Positions 12,658 to 25,960 of a stretch of DNA of 64,000 bases are shown here, piece after piece. The stretch spans positions 32,490,001-32,554,000 of the forward strand of contig NC_087437.1 of assembly GCF_036321535.1 (NCBI RefSeq), given 5' to 3'. Positions within the stretch are counted from its first letter, which is position 1. Each line of letters starts with the position of its first letter. Made by a program: the position numbers and the translations under genes. The notes below the pieces were generated by a model, which did no database searches, had not been told where the DNA came from, and saw nothing but the letters and a program-made list of their open reading frames with translations. This stretch comes from Camelus dromedarius (lineage: Eukaryota).

Positions 12658-14605
12658 TTGCATTTCTTTACACTAACAATGAAATATCAAAAAATGAATG
12701 TAAAGAAACAATCCCTTCTAAAACTGCATCCCCAAAAATAAAATACTTAGGAATAAATCTGACCAAGGAAGTAAAAGTCTTGTAACCGGAGAACTACAAA
12801 ACATTAATTAAGGAAATTAAAAATGATTTAAAGAAATGGAAAGATATCCTATGTGTTTGTATTGAAAGAGTTAATATTGTTAAAATGGCCATACTACCCA
12901 AAGCAATCTACATATTTAATGAGATTCCTACCAAATTACCCAGGACATTTTCACAGAACAAGAATAATCCTAAAATTTATATGGAATCACAAAAGACCCA
13001 GAATTGCCAAAGCAATATTGAAGAAAAAGAACAAAGCTGGAGGAATAATCCTTTCTGACTTTAGACAATACTACAGAGCTACAGTAATCAAAACAGTGCA
13101 GTATTGGCACAAAAACAGACATATGGATCAATGGAACAGAATAGAGAGCCTGAAATAAACCCACAGATTTACAGCCAATTAATTTTTGACAAAGGAAGCA
13201 AGAACATACAATGGAGAAAAGACAGTCTCTTCAGCAAGTGATGCTGAGAAAACTGGACAGTCACATGTAAATCTATGAAGTTAGAACACTCCCTCATAGC
13301 ACACACAAAAATAAACTCAAAATAGCGTAAGAACTTAAATATAAGATAAGACACTATAAACCTCTTAGAAGAAAACATAGGCAAAATATTTTCTGACATA
13401 AATCTTAGCAAATGTTCCCCTAGGGCAGTCTACCCAGGCAACAGAAATAAAAACAAAAATAAACAAATGGGACCTAATTAAACTTACAAGTTTTTGCACA
13501 GCAAAGGAAACCATAAGCAAAACAAAATGACAACCTACAGAATGGGACAAAACATTTACAAATGATGTGACTGACAAGGGCTTAATTTCCAGAATATATA
13601 GAAATCTCATACACTTAATAACAAAAAGACAAACAATCCAATCCAAAAATGGGTAGAAGACCTAAACAAGCAATTCTCCAATAGAGACATACAAATAGCT
13701 AACAGGCACATGGAAAAAAGATGTTCAGTATCACTAATTATCAGAGAAATGCAAATCAAAACTACAGTGAGGTATCACCTCACACCAGTCAGAATGACCA
13801 TCATTAAAAAGTCCACAAACAATCAATTCTGGGGAGAGTGTGGAGAAAAGAGAACCCTCCTAAACTGTTGGTAGAAATGTAGTTTGGTGCAGTCATTATG
13901 GAAAACAGCATGGGGATTCCTTTAAAAAACTAAAAATAGACTTACCATTTGATCCAGCAATCCCACTCCTGGGCATATATCTGGAGGGAACACTAATTCA
14001 AAAAGATACATGCACCCCAATGTTCATAGCAGCACAATTTGCAATAGTCAAGACATGGAAACAACCCAAATGTCCATCAACAGATGACTGGATAAAGACA
14101 TTGTGGTATATTTATACAATGGAATACTACTCAGTCATAAAAAAGAATAAAATAATGCCATTTGCAGCAACATGGATGGACCTTGACGTCGTCATACTAA
14201 GTGAAGTAAGCCAGAAACAGAAAGAAAAATACCATATGATATCACTGATATGTGGAATCTTAAAAAAAAAAAAAGACACAAATGAACTTATTTTCAAAAC
14301 AGAAACAGACTCACAGACATAGGAAACAAATTTATGGTTACCAGCGGGGAAAAGGGGTGGGAAAGGATAAATTGGGAGTCTGAGGTTTGCAGATACTAAC
14401 TACTATATATAAAATAGATAAACAACAAGTTTATACTGTATAGCAAAGGGAACTATATTCAATATCTTGTAGTAACCTGTAATAAAAAAGAATATATGTA
14501 TGTATATATATGACTGAAACATGCTTTACATCAGAAATTGACACAACATTGCAAACTGACTATACTTCAATTTTTTTTAATGCTTTAAAAAAAAGAAAAG
14601 AAAAT
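12658..14605 (+). mobile_element. 5'-truncated young (camelid/cetartiodactyl-type) L1: ORF2 C-terminal half, 3'UTR and A-rich tail; non-functional
   Basis: ORF fragments '[26 protein letters not shown]' and 'MFIAAQFAIVKTWKQPKCPSTDDWIK' are L1 ORF2; multiple stops and frameshifts; 3'UTR ends aaactgactatacttcaat. Confidence 0.97.
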
Positions 14606-16029
14606 GAAAAATATTTTGATAGAGTATCTGGTATGGAGTTAAGTATTAAGTCAACGGTGGCTACCAGGAATATGACCATTATTCTGCACCAATTTGCACT
14701 CTTTGTTTCAAAGGATAAAACTCTTTGAGTAAGTATACAGGAAGTTTTGCCCTATGTACACTAAAAAAGGTTTCAAAATATCAAAATATCACTTTTAGCA
14801 GCACTGTCTGAGCACTCAGTAACCGGAATAATGTCTTAATGCCTCTGTGAACTAGTTTACTATTAATTTCCCTCTGCTGATCAAGACAGAAAGGATACAA
14901 ATCATTGATCGCCAAGCAATTGTTTTTCCATACTTGCAATATGATTAAATGGTCTGCAATGTTGAAAAAGAGATGATTAAGGGGAGAAAAGTGATAAAAC
15001 AGATGTTGAATAAAAAAATACAATTTCCCATTAAATAAAGTAGTAGTTGTGCCCATGAGAATTGGCTACACAATACATTCTTCCCTCAAGGGTTAGAGAG
15101 GCATTCTGTTGCTATTCATTTGCCCCCTGGAAAAAAAGCCCAACTCCCTCAGGGAGTCATGAATTATTCTGTTTATTACCTTAGCCTGTAATGTATTCTG
15201 TATCTTTACTTAAGTGTACGGACTTTAAGGTTAAAATTCAGTGTGTTTCTTAATGCTTACTTCAGTCTAGGCATCTAACAAGAGGCACCATGCCTTTCAT
15301 GAACTTTTACGACAACTTCAGCAAGCTGGTTTGTTCTCACACGCAAAGAACCAGGAGTGAAATGTAATATCTCCATGCACCTCTCGAACTATTGCTCAAG
15401 GAAAGGCACCAACAGCTCTTTTCAAGTGGCTTCTTGCTAAAGACCCTCTGCAGCCTAGTAAGCAGAAGAGCACCAAACGGTTTGCCAACATTTTCCTTCC
15501 TAAGAATAAAGATAAATAAAATTTAAAAGGAATAAAGGGATAAGCGGATAAAAATAAAACCAGAGACCTGAAATAACACTATTATTCAAATGATCTAATG
15601 CATTCTAAGTGAGAAAAAAAGACGTGTAAATATCACCAGTGTGACCAGAAGCATAAAGAAGACAGAACAAATTATTTGCTATGGGGTTTCTGTTTAATAT
15701 TCATAAGAAGCTTTTCAATGGTTCCCTCATTACCCCTATTCTCAAAAATATAAAGATGTTGAGTGTTACTACCTAAGATTAATATGCTTCATTTTTAGGA
15801 TTTTTGTGTGGAAAAGAGTTAAGATATTTCTGTAGAAAAGGATGAGGTATGAATGATGATTAGGATATAGAAAGGAAAATTTTTTAAGAACAGCCTTCTC
15901 ATATCCTATGGAGTACTACTGCTAAGTTAAGCTCCTTGTTGCCAGGTATCAACATTCTGAATTATTTAGATTCCAATCAGAAATTTTTCAGGTCATTTCA
16001 AATTAAGCCATCTGCCATTTTCTTTCAAA

Positions 16030-16382
16030 TGAAGCCACAGTCACTAATCTATTCATCAAATATTTTTACCTGACTTCTGAGCACATGGTAGGATTGTAGT
16101 TCCTGGTCCCTTGTGTTGGGTGGAGCCAGTAACTAGTTCTGATCAATAACTTCTGAGCAGAAATAACGTATGTCATATCTGAGTTGTGCATTTAATTCCT
16201 GGTGTAATTCTCCAGAGATTTCATTTTCCTTTTGATATGATTAATTGGCAATTTTCCAGATGATTATTCTGTCATCTTGGGTCCATAAATGAGGTCAATT
16301 ATGCCCATAAGGGTCTTGGTAAGTAGCTGAGATTTGAGAGTTTTGTTACAGCAGCATAACCTAACCTATGCTGATTGATACA
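16030..16382 (+). mobile_element. MLT1-family (MaLR) solo LTR
   Basis: cacatggtaggattgtagttcctgg...gctgagatttgagagttttgttacagcagcataacctaacctatgctgattgataca. Confidence 0.7.
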
Positions 16383-17599
16383 CTTTACTTTTCAAAACTG
16401 CACAAGCTCTAACTCACTTAGGTAACTTCCCTCATTCAGGAATACTGTTCCCTCTCACACCATCTCTTTTCTCTCCTATTAATTCAGCCACAGCACTAAT
16501 TCATCTAAAAATCTTCCCTGCTGTACTGTGGTTAACAAATTTGATGTTGACAGAATACAGTAATTTATGGCCAGTATCTTAATTTATTTATTGGGTACTT
16601 TATTAACCTATACTCTTTGTATCCTGTGTATTTTTAATCGGTTTGTAGTGGGATTATTTATTTATCCTTGGGTGTGAAATAGGTCCTTCATAATTCACCT
16701 GTGGCATTACCAGATATTAATTATCAGGATCAGTAACTCACTTAATAGTGAGACCACTAATTGTGGAGATAAAATACATTCTCCTGTACTTTGCAAAATC
16801 CCTTGCTATTCCCCCAGCAGTAGTGACAGCACATTTTATTAAATTTAGATTACTGAGTTTGAATCTAATTTAGATCACTAACTTGGCTAACACTTTTCCA
16901 ATACTGTAAGTGTGGGGTAGGAAGGAGGAATATGAATATAAATAAATATTTTATTCTTCCTATTGGTAAAATAACTTAAAGATGTATTTTTCTAGGATGT
17001 TCAGTGTTCTAAAAATTAAATTTAGAATGCCTATTTTAGACTATTCCCAGATTAGGCATATATCAGAGTTCTTTGATTACAAGCATGAGAGTCCATCTTT
17101 GGATAACAAGTAAAAATGAGTGTTACTGTGATGATATGGAAAAGCTCACAGGACCTAAAAGAAAACCGAATAAAATGGCTTAAAATGTACAGGAAACAAG
17201 CAGTTCTAAAAGGTCTTGGCAAAAAAGAACGGCTAGTTTACCATTTTTTTTTTAAATCTCCTTCCATTGATACTATCTATAATCTCTCCTTGTGATCCCT
17301 GTATCAGTTCTCAGAACTTATTTTTGAGAGATCATATTGTACACAATTTCTTTGAAATATGGAGACCTATTTAAAATCTTCCTTTATTTTCTGTGAATAA
17401 TTCCTCATGTGGAAGTAATTCTTCATTTTCCTTTTGTTTATGTTCCTTTCCTCATTTTCTTTTGCAGATTTTCATACATAGTTCCCATCTTTCTGCTTAT
17501 TTTTCATAGGAGTCACTACCTATGAGAATATCACAGGATTGATTTCGTGGAAGACAGAGAAGAAACTGGGGAGTTCAGAGTCCTCACTTAATTTTATGG

Positions 17600-17990
17600 T
17601 TGTATTACTCAGCTATCACACCATTAAAGATGTTCAATAAACGGCCTAAAACTCAGTGTCTTACAAAACATTTGTTCATGTGTTTGTGAGTTGGCTGGAA
17701 AAGCTTTGCTTCAGCTAGGCTTGCCTAGAAGTTCCCTGTAAGGTTAATGTCCTCTCCATCTCACTCTGAGACCAACTGAAGAAGAATTAGCTACCTGGTG
17801 TTTACTTTTCTAATGCAATCACAGGAACACAAGAGGGCTAGCCAAACTATAAAAGCACTTTCAAGTCTCTGTTTGTTATCATATTTTCTATCTTCCCATT
17901 GGCCACAGCAAGTCACATGACCAAGCCCAAAGTCAAGGAATGAGAAATATATTCTGCCACCATGAACCATGGAAGAGCATGGATATATAT
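17600..17990 (-). mobile_element. MLT1-family (MaLR) LTR
   Basis: tgtattactcagcta...aaaactcagtgtctta...cccattggccacagcaagtcacatgaccaagcccaaagtcaagg. Confidence 0.7.
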
Positions 17991-18639
17991 AATTGCATTG
18001 AAGGAGGAAGTAAATAATACCACTGTTTGCCTTCAGCAAACTGCTGTTCTGAGGCCATTTCTTCTCATTGTTTCAGGCTTCAAGTGGTCTGTAAGATTCA
18101 CAGTAAAACCATTAGGTGACAAGTTCGCTGGCTTCTGATCTGGCAATTATTGATTTCTTCTCTTCTTCTTTTACCCTTCACTCGTTACCTCCGGCATTTT
18201 CTCTCTCAGTGAACGGCATCATGGACAGTAGAAATAGCATGTCGGTAAGGTCTCTCCTTCAATGCTACCTTCCCCACCTTTCAGTGGTTGGAATGAGGTC
18301 TTCCTAGAGGCATTCCCAACCTCTCCTTTGACCTGTTTTTGCCCCCTGATGCATCTTTGTCAGATTTATAGCACATTAATCTCAGATCCCTATCTAAGGA
18401 TAATCAAGGATCCATATTGCTACTCTCAGCAAGCTCCCACATCTCAGCCCAGAAGCCACAGCATTTGCCATGTGTGCTTCCTGCCTTATGGTTTGGGATG
18501 TGTCATTTTCCTTTGGTTTCATTCAATAAAAAGATTTTTTTCTTTTTAAGTTTTGGGTAGGTTTTGAGGGTTAAAATGTTTTTACTTTGCTGTTTTTAAA
18601 TGCAAGCCACAAGATTATATATTCAGCATACAATCAAAT

Positions 18640-19090
18640 TAGAAACCCCAGGATTTTTTTGCATTTTGTTCTACTCAGTCATGTCATCTGATACCATAGT
18701 TATACAGTGAGTTTCTAGATTTAAGAGCGTAACTCTAAATTTACCCTTGTTAAATGATGTCTTGTTAAATTCAACCTTGTCTGAGATTTTGAAGGATCCT
18801 GATCCTGGCATCTAGTATATTTATCTAGCCCTTCCATCTTCCCATCATCCATAAATTCAATCAACTGACTGCTAATTGCTCATCCAATCACTGCTAAAAT
18901 TGTTGAATCAGGTAGGGTTGGATCAGGTTGAATCAGCAGCCATCCCAACCTCCCTCACAGTCTGTCAGTTACCATGATCCATTTAACCCACATTTATCTA
19001 TCTTCTGTCCAGAGATAATGTGATATGTTTTGTCAAATGGTTACTGAATTCAGATGCTTTTTGTCTGCAGCATTCTCTGATCAACTAGAG
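18640..19090 (-). mobile_element. L3/CR1 LINE RT-region remnant
   Basis: aaatttacccttgttaaat...catcatccataaattcaatca...tcatccaatcactgctaaaattgttgaa...ttgtcaaatggttactgaattcaga resembles antisense L3. Confidence 0.65.
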
Positions 19091-19098
19091 TAGGAAGC

Positions 19099-19711
19099 TG
19101 TTATGATCTGAATGTGTCCCCTCAAAAGTCGTATTTTGAAATCCTTTTTTTAATTAATTGAAGTACAGTCAGTTACAATGCATCAATTTCTGGTGTACAG
19201 CACAATGTCCCAGTCATGAATATACATACATGTATATTTTTTTCATTAAAGCTTATTATAAGATATTGAACATAGTTCCCTGTGCTATACAGAAGAAACT
19301 TTTTAAAAATCTATCTTTATATATAGTGGCTAACATTTGTAAATCTCAAACTCCCAAATTTATCCCTTCCCACCCCTTTTCCCGGTAACCATAAGATCAT
19401 ATGTTGAAATCCTAATGCCTATTTTGATGGTATTAGGAGGTGGGGCCACTGGAAGGTGGTCAGTCATGAGAGCAGAGCCCTCATGAATAGGATTCATTCC
19501 CTTATAAAAGAGGCCTGAGGGAGCTCCTTAGCCCTTTCCACCATGTGACGATACAATGAGAACCTGGCTACTCAGAAGAGGGCCCTCAACAAACCATGCT
19601 GGTACCCTGATCTCAGACTTCTAGTCTCCAGAACTGTGAGCAGTTAATTCCTATTGTTTATAAGCTACCCAGCCTGTGGCCTTTTACTATAGCAGCCAAA
19701 TGGACTAAGAT
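19099..19711 (+). mobile_element. MLT1A0-like solo LTR interrupted by an L1 3' end
   Basis: tgttatgatctgaatgtgtcccc...gccctcatgaataggatt...cttataaaagagg...cttctagtctccagaactgtgag...atagcagccaaatggactaaga. Confidence 0.9.
19146..19396 (-). mobile_element. Young L1 3'UTR fragment with 17-bp TSD
   Basis: Antisense match to the 3'UTR of the 12.6-14.6 kb L1 (ttgaagtacagtcagttacaatg...atagttccctgtgctataca...cccaaatttatcccttccc...ggtaaccataag); TSD 19129-19145 / 19397-19413. Confidence 0.92.
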
Positions 19712-19729
19712 GGGAACTAATAATTTCAG

Positions 19730-19890
19730 AAGATGACAAAGACAACAATGACAAAGCAGAAGAAGCAAAAGAAGAAAGAGGAAAAGGGAGAGAAGAAAAA
19801 GGGGAGGAAGTAGGGAGAAAAAGGAAAAATAGGAAATGGAGGAGGAAGAGCATAGAAATTTAAAGAATAATTAAGAAAAATAGAGAAACT
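19730..19890. repeat. Purine-rich (GA/A-rich) low-complexity tract
   Basis: Direct reading. Confidence 0.8.
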
Positions 19891-19977
19891 GATAATAAAT
19901 ATAATGCACCCATAACAAAAGAGAACTGCAAAATATTTTTAATCCCATTCCCTGTATTAAGGGAGGTAAATATCTAA

Positions 19978-20220
19978 ACCAGAGTTATCAAAACTATGTT
20001 CTACAGAATGAAATATTTAAAAATTAAATATTCACAGTACAGAATAAATGCTTTAACTACAGAAATTTTTCACAGCCTACAATGTGTTAATGTATACTGC
20101 TAATCTCCAAAAGGGACATAATATCCAGAACTGTTCAGTAGTATTTGATCAGAATTCCTTTTTACACTAGTCATCTCTCAGGATCAGGGTTACCAGACTA
20201 CAGTTTATAAAATGCTGGCA
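19978..20220. mobile_element. Non-autonomous hAT-Charlie element (MER112/MER3-like)
   Basis: Degenerate inverted termini cagagttatcaaaactatgttct ... actacagtttataaaatgctg. Confidence 0.5.
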
Positions 20221-20419
20221 TAAACAACCCATTCTATTATTTGACCTATTTGGGAAGCACATGGAAATGTTCACCAAATTTACCTTGACTTTACAAAAAG
20301 TAATTGCTTGAGTTTGACTTTCTTCATTGGAAAAAAGGAAGGTAAAGCACTGCTTTGTGATGTTTAGTTCCAGAGGCTGAAGTCAAGATGAAACTCATAT
20401 AGAAAATCAGACCTGAGTT

Positions 20420-20660
20420 AGAAAAAGGCAGCAGGAGAAAGACATAAAAGAATTAAACTTGAAGGCAAGTCCATGCTCTCCCATTTACTGACCAGAGAAC
20501 ATTGTTTGGGCAAAGAATCTACCTCGCATGTGTTTCAGTTTTCTCCTCTGTAAAATGGGGATAATACTCATCCTTCCTAGATCACAGAACTGTTGTGGGT
20601 ATCAAGTAAGATAATGTCTGCAAAAACATATTATACAGGTAAAGCACTTTGCAACTGTAA
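20420..20660 (+). mobile_element. MIR SINE
   Basis: tgtgtttcagttttctcctctgtaaaatggggataatact...tgttgtgggtatcaagtaagataat. Confidence 0.8.
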
Positions 20661-21310
20661 CACGTATGACTCACAGGATGCTAACAGCTATACTAAGAAA
20701 ATATCAGTAGCTTAACGTAAAAAGACCCTTTTCATGCTCAAGTTACAGTCCATTGCAGGCCATGGTGATGGGTAGTTGTGTTGGCACATTCCACTTAGTC
20801 ATGCAGATACCTGCTTCCATCTAGTGGCGTTTCCATCTTTATCACATGACTTCCAAGGTACTGTGGCACTGGACCAGAACGTGGAGGAAAGGAGTACACA
20901 GAAGTTCTGAATGGGCCATCCCATGAGCCAGAAAACAGATATGTGGGCCCAATATACCTGTCAGTGACTGGAAAAGTAGTTTATGCATGTTCCCAGGAAG
21001 AGAAGAGAAGCATATGTACTGGCATTCACTGACACAAGGTATCGATAGTATCTGAGTAAGAATAGAAAGATGTTAACCTACAGTGCCTTGCATCCCACCA
21101 GCCCAAAAGCTGTTCTCTCTGAACCCACCTAAATCTATGATCTAACTTAACTAAGATTGACTCAAAAGGAGGATTTCATATTTTAAGCTGACAAAGTGTA
21201 ATTTAAGTCTATTCACTCTAAATAGAAAAAAATTCTTTAGTATTGAAAACCAGACAAATGAGATCCTCATTAGAACCTTCTAATAATTAAGTAAAAGCTA
21301 ATGCTCTCAG

Positions 21311-21334
21311 AAAAAAAAAAAAAAAAAAAAAAAA
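21311..21334. repeat. Poly(A) run (~24 nt)
   Basis: Direct reading. Confidence 0.95.
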
Positions 21335-21721
21335 CCTGCCTTCTTCTTCACAGTATGAGGTGCAGCATGCCTTAGGGTAATACGCCATTTACAGAACAGC
21401 TAAATAAGAAGCCCATTAACTGTTTTCAGTAATATTTGATCTTGTTACAGAGATAGTAAATGTTCATTGTAGAAATGTTTAATATAGATAAGCAGCCATT
21501 ATCCCAAAATAACTGCTATTAACACTTTCCTTTAACTATCTGGTATCACATGAAGGTTAAAGATTTGACGACTGCTTCTCCATAAAGAAAAACTTGAACG
21601 AAACATGCCTTCTCCTCTCATTTGCCGTCTGCGTAACTTAATTCTTGCTCACTCTCTGCAATTGTGGAGAAAGCCTGTTCTTGATCCAACTCCATCGACA
21701 GTAAGAAACCCAACTGGTAAA

Positions 21722-22230
21722 CTGGTTATCTGTTGCTGTGTAATAAACTAACCCCCAATTAGTGTCTTTAAGGAACAACAATCCCTTGTTATTACTCTAA
21801 TTGTGTGGGTTGATGGGGCTCAGCTGGATGATTCTTCGCTCCAGGTGGTATTGGTTGTGGCGACAATCCTGTAGAAATTCAAATGGGCTGGAGCATTAAG
21901 CTGGCTGATTCCCACAGCTAGTAGTTGGTGCTGAGTGTCAGCTGAAAGCTCAGTGTGAACTATTAATGGAGCACCTCAGTCTTCTTCTGCATGAGCACCT
22001 CCATGTGACTTGTACTTCTCACAGGAGGCTGGGTAAACATATAAGCTTCAGGTGAAGTTGGTAAGCCCAGCCCAAAAGTTACATGGTGTCCATTTTGTCA
22101 CATTCTTTGAGTCGAACTAGATCACAGTTCAGCCCAGGTTCAAGCAGAAGATAAACAGACAAATGACAAGGTCACGTTGCAAAAGAACATAGGAAGGAAG
22201 CTATTACTGTGGAATATTCTTTAGAAACCC
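21722..22230 (-). mobile_element. MLT1F/G-like MaLR LTR
   Basis: ttatctgttgctgtgtaataaacta...tgtgggttgatggggctcagctggatg...cacctccatgtgacttgtacttctcaca...cagcccaggttcaag. Confidence 0.75.
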
Positions 22231-22729
22231 ACTTTCTCTGTTTAGCAGGTGTATCCTGCTCTGACCAGTGCTTTTAAGGACCCCTCCACACAAATCAGGC
22301 CTATGGCCACAAGGCATCCATACAAAATTACAGCTACCACCTCTTACACCCAGAGACTTTCTTTAAGCCCTACATTCTACCCTCTATTTCAAGCCTTCCC
22401 ACTCTTTAAGGTGGCTTTCCAGGATCTGTAGCTAAATACTTCCTCTCTTCCTGCTCCCTGTAATTAATAACTCATTGTAAGAACAGAAGCCACTCTGGCA
22501 CATTTCTATGAGAGGAGCTTAGAGACTGCAGGCATGATTGGAAGTGAAAGTCAAAAGCATGCTTTTATACATGGGGTATAGGTTTATTTGGATAATGGCG
22601 GGGAGAGTGCATGACATTGCTCACGAGGGAGTTAACTCATGTGGAGCTGCCACTGCAGAAGACTGTGTCAGGAAAACAACTGGAGGTGGAGGGAGTTTCT
22701 TCTCAAGACACCGTATCTCCAAACTCATG

Positions 22730-22945
22730 CACAAACACACACACACACACACACAAAACTACACACTCACACCCACACACCACTGACACAATACATGCAC
22801 AAACACAAATACATACACATACATTCACATAAACACATATACCTACAAACAAGCTCACACATTCTCATAAATCCACATATGCTTTCACATAAACACACAT
22901 ACAGACACTCACAAACCTAGACACGCACATTCCCCTACACTCACC
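22730..22945. repeat. Degenerate (CA)n-rich tract
   Basis: Direct reading; explains the HT-rich ORFs. Confidence 0.9.
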
Positions 22946-24004
22946 CAGTCGCTTACCCAAAGTCCAGTCTCCCAGTTCCTTAGCAGCTCTAGAGGGGTGC
23001 AAGGGGGTCAGTGAGCCCTTGAGCTCATTCTCCAAAAGTGGGACCTTTTCAACAATTTTTAGCTTATAGGTGTCCATGGTGCTTATCAACTGTGATCCAG
23101 AGATGAAATAGTGTGAAAGAAACAAAGAGAATGTAGACAAAAGCAGGGGCTGTCTTTGTGCTTTCCTTCACACCACCAACTGGTGTGCCCCACCACCTCA
23201 CCCCAGGCCCACCTTCCTGCCCTTAGAACCTGATGTGCCTCTGCTCAAAGCCCCACTTTTCTGGGGTCAGGAGAGGCAGACCAGGGTTCCTGGAGACCTT
23301 TCTGCTGGCAGCTTTCTCCACAAAGATGTTAATCAATGATTAGATCAAGCCCACCCAGCCCCAGGGGACTGGATTCCAAGAAAAGATCATGCAGCAGAGG
23401 GTTTTACATTGTGCAGATGTCAATTGTGGGCTTCAGAAAGCAGAAGGAAGCCAATTCAGGGAAGTATTTGCAGAGGTGAGAGGAAGACAAGGTCAAGGTT
23501 ACACTAGGGCAACAGGATAGAAAGTGAGTGGGAACTGATAGCTTTTCTAAAAATTCACCAACTCTACCATTTTTAATATTTCTTTAGTATTGTGAAAATA
23601 AAAGGGTCAAAGGGAGATAAAGGTGAGCTTTTATCCAATTGAGGATACATACTGTTTTTGTGCCTTTGCACATTCATTTCATTTTAGAGTCAAAGAAAAA
23701 CCAGCACGTCAAAATCCCATGCACACAGTCCATTTGTTTTATTGGGAAGGTTGAAGCAAAATCATTTGAAAAGACCACTACTTTATATCATGATGCATAT
23801 GTCAACCTTTCATCTTCAAACCTAGCCTCCAAAAACATCAAAGTTGACTTTTTTTTTCTTTTTTGGTTAAGTGTACAATGATAAATGTACCGATTTTAGG
23901 TTCCAAAAGAAAATCTCTACCTCAGATTGACTTCTCATCATTGAAGGCTGATAAGTCAAAGGTAAGAAAAGCAAGGAATCTGTAGAGTCAGGTCTGGTCA
24001 GCCC

Positions 24005-24960
24005 ACCAAATATTTGCTGAGAATCTCCCATATGTCAGGTACTATGCTGGATGCCGGAGATAACAGGATGAATAAAAAAGATCTCTTTCCTTAAATGGTG
24101 TATAGCCTGGTAAGGCTGGCAGAAGGGCAAGGAGATATTTTTAAATAGTTGAGAGATACATATGGTGCCATGGGACCCGAGAAGAGGAGCACTTAGCCCT
24201 ACCTAGAGGAGAAGGCATAAGAGCTGAAAGTTACTCAGACAAAAAAAAAAAGAAAAAAGCGGCTGACAAGGGGACAATCCAGCTTAAGAAGAGATCAAGA
24301 TTCGAAACAGCAAGGTGTGTGCAGAGAACAAACCCTAAACCATCCAAAGACTCTAGGATAGTCAGTATTAGTCAAGGAGCAGCAGGAGATGACGTAGGGA
24401 AGATGGCAGAGGGGGAAAGACCTCTGTGTGCTTGTAAGGAGCTTACACTTATCTGGAGGTAACCAGAGACAGGGGACTCACATAGCCAGATTTGCATCTT
24501 AAATAGAGTTCCTCTGGCAGCAGCTGAAAGGATAGATAGGAAGAGGGTAAGACCTGAGGCAGGGGACCAGGTGGTAGGCTGGTGTGACAGTACCAGCAAG
24601 AGATGACAAGGTCGGAGCCAGAACAGTGTTTGCAGGCTTAGTGAAGAGGAAATGGATTCAGACAATATTTAGGGCAAAAAAATTGACACCAGTTTTTAAT
24701 TAGGCATGGGAAGGGGAAAGAAAAGAGAAGGTATCTCAGGGGATTGATGCAATTAATTAAGAGAGGGGCTCTAGAAGGAGGAGCGAGACTTGGGGAATTT
24801 TGAGGAGGTTGGTTTTGGAAATATTGATGATAAGGAGTCTGGAAGATGCCAGCTAGAGAAACCTAAAACAGAGAGAGGTCAGGAGGAAATAAAGAGTCTT
24901 AAGATTTAGAATCCAGGATGGAGTGAAATCTCCCAGGGTCTCTAGTGAGAAAATCAGTAG
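24005..24960 (-). mobile_element. L2 fragment
   Basis: aaatatttgctgag...tgtcaggtactatgctgg...gatttgcatctt...ctctggcagcag...gaggaaatggattcagacaatattta. Confidence 0.75.
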
Positions 24961-25827
24961 ATGAGACAGAAAACAGTATAATTATAATGGGGGCCTTATT
25001 GAAGCAATTTGTGTTACAAGTGTATGCTTGTTATAGAATGTTGTCTCTGCCTAGAAGCTTGGCACTGAACAGTCTGACCTATGTATTGGGTGAAAGTCCA
25101 GAAATTACATTCTAACCAGAGAAATCTTGGTGCCTGAGATCAGGTGGTCAATCCAATCTTACAGCTCCTTTTCCTGCCAGCTGCCCTCCTCCCCTCTTCT
25201 GATCATCCCACAGATGGTACAACAATGGCAGCTGAATGTTTTCATTCTCTATGAAGCACTCATCATGCGCTGGGCTCTGGGTTGGGCCCTAAAGTTACCA
25301 GATTGTGAAAGTGTGTCCCTGCCCTGGTGTGGCTGGGCTTTCTGTTGTTGGCTAGTTGTTATTTTATCCCTTTGCCTGCCTATCCACTATAGCCAGGCTA
25401 GTTCTAAGTCTTTTATTTTCCTGCCTCCTGAAAACAAGTCATAATTTCTGCCTAGCCTACTAGAATCAAGATGCCCCCTCTTTTGGCTTTACTCTAAAAT
25501 GTTTTATGCTTTATTCCTGTGGCCTGGCAGTTTCTACAGGCCTTACAGGAGAGCCAGTTGTGGTGAGGCGAGACAGACACTACAAGACACTTGCTACTTA
25601 GTGGCAGAACAAAGAGCAGATGTCCTCAGCCCTCTCTTTAGCCTCCATGTCCCCCTGCCTCCAAGCTGAGTTTCCATGGCTACTTCTTCTCCTCTTCACT
25701 CCCATCCTTCAAGGTCACCCCTCCCACCTGCTAAAGGAAAAGAAGCTATAAGTTTTCTATTTACATTCTAAACTCAGACTCATTAGAGGCCGTGGTTGTC
25801 CCAAAAGTAGAACTCCTTGCTTTTACC

Positions 25828-25960
25828 TTCATTCATTCATTTATTCATTCATTCAGTTTATTCATATTGATGAATGCACCATCATTGATGGTGATGAATC
25901 CACCACGCACCAGCATCTGATTATAGTGCAGGGAATATGGCAATGAACATGGCAGAGTTT
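25828..25960 (-). mobile_element. L2 3' end with (TTCA)n
   Basis: ttcattcattcatttattcattcattca...gtgcagggaatatggcaatgaaca. Confidence 0.55.

Noticed and set aside
12853..14322. Protein-coding ORFs (101 aa, 100 aa and antisense ORFs)
   Set aside because: Frameshifted L1 ORF2 remnants, not host genes
22538..22920. His/Thr-rich ORFs
   Set aside because: Translations of a (CA)n-rich tract
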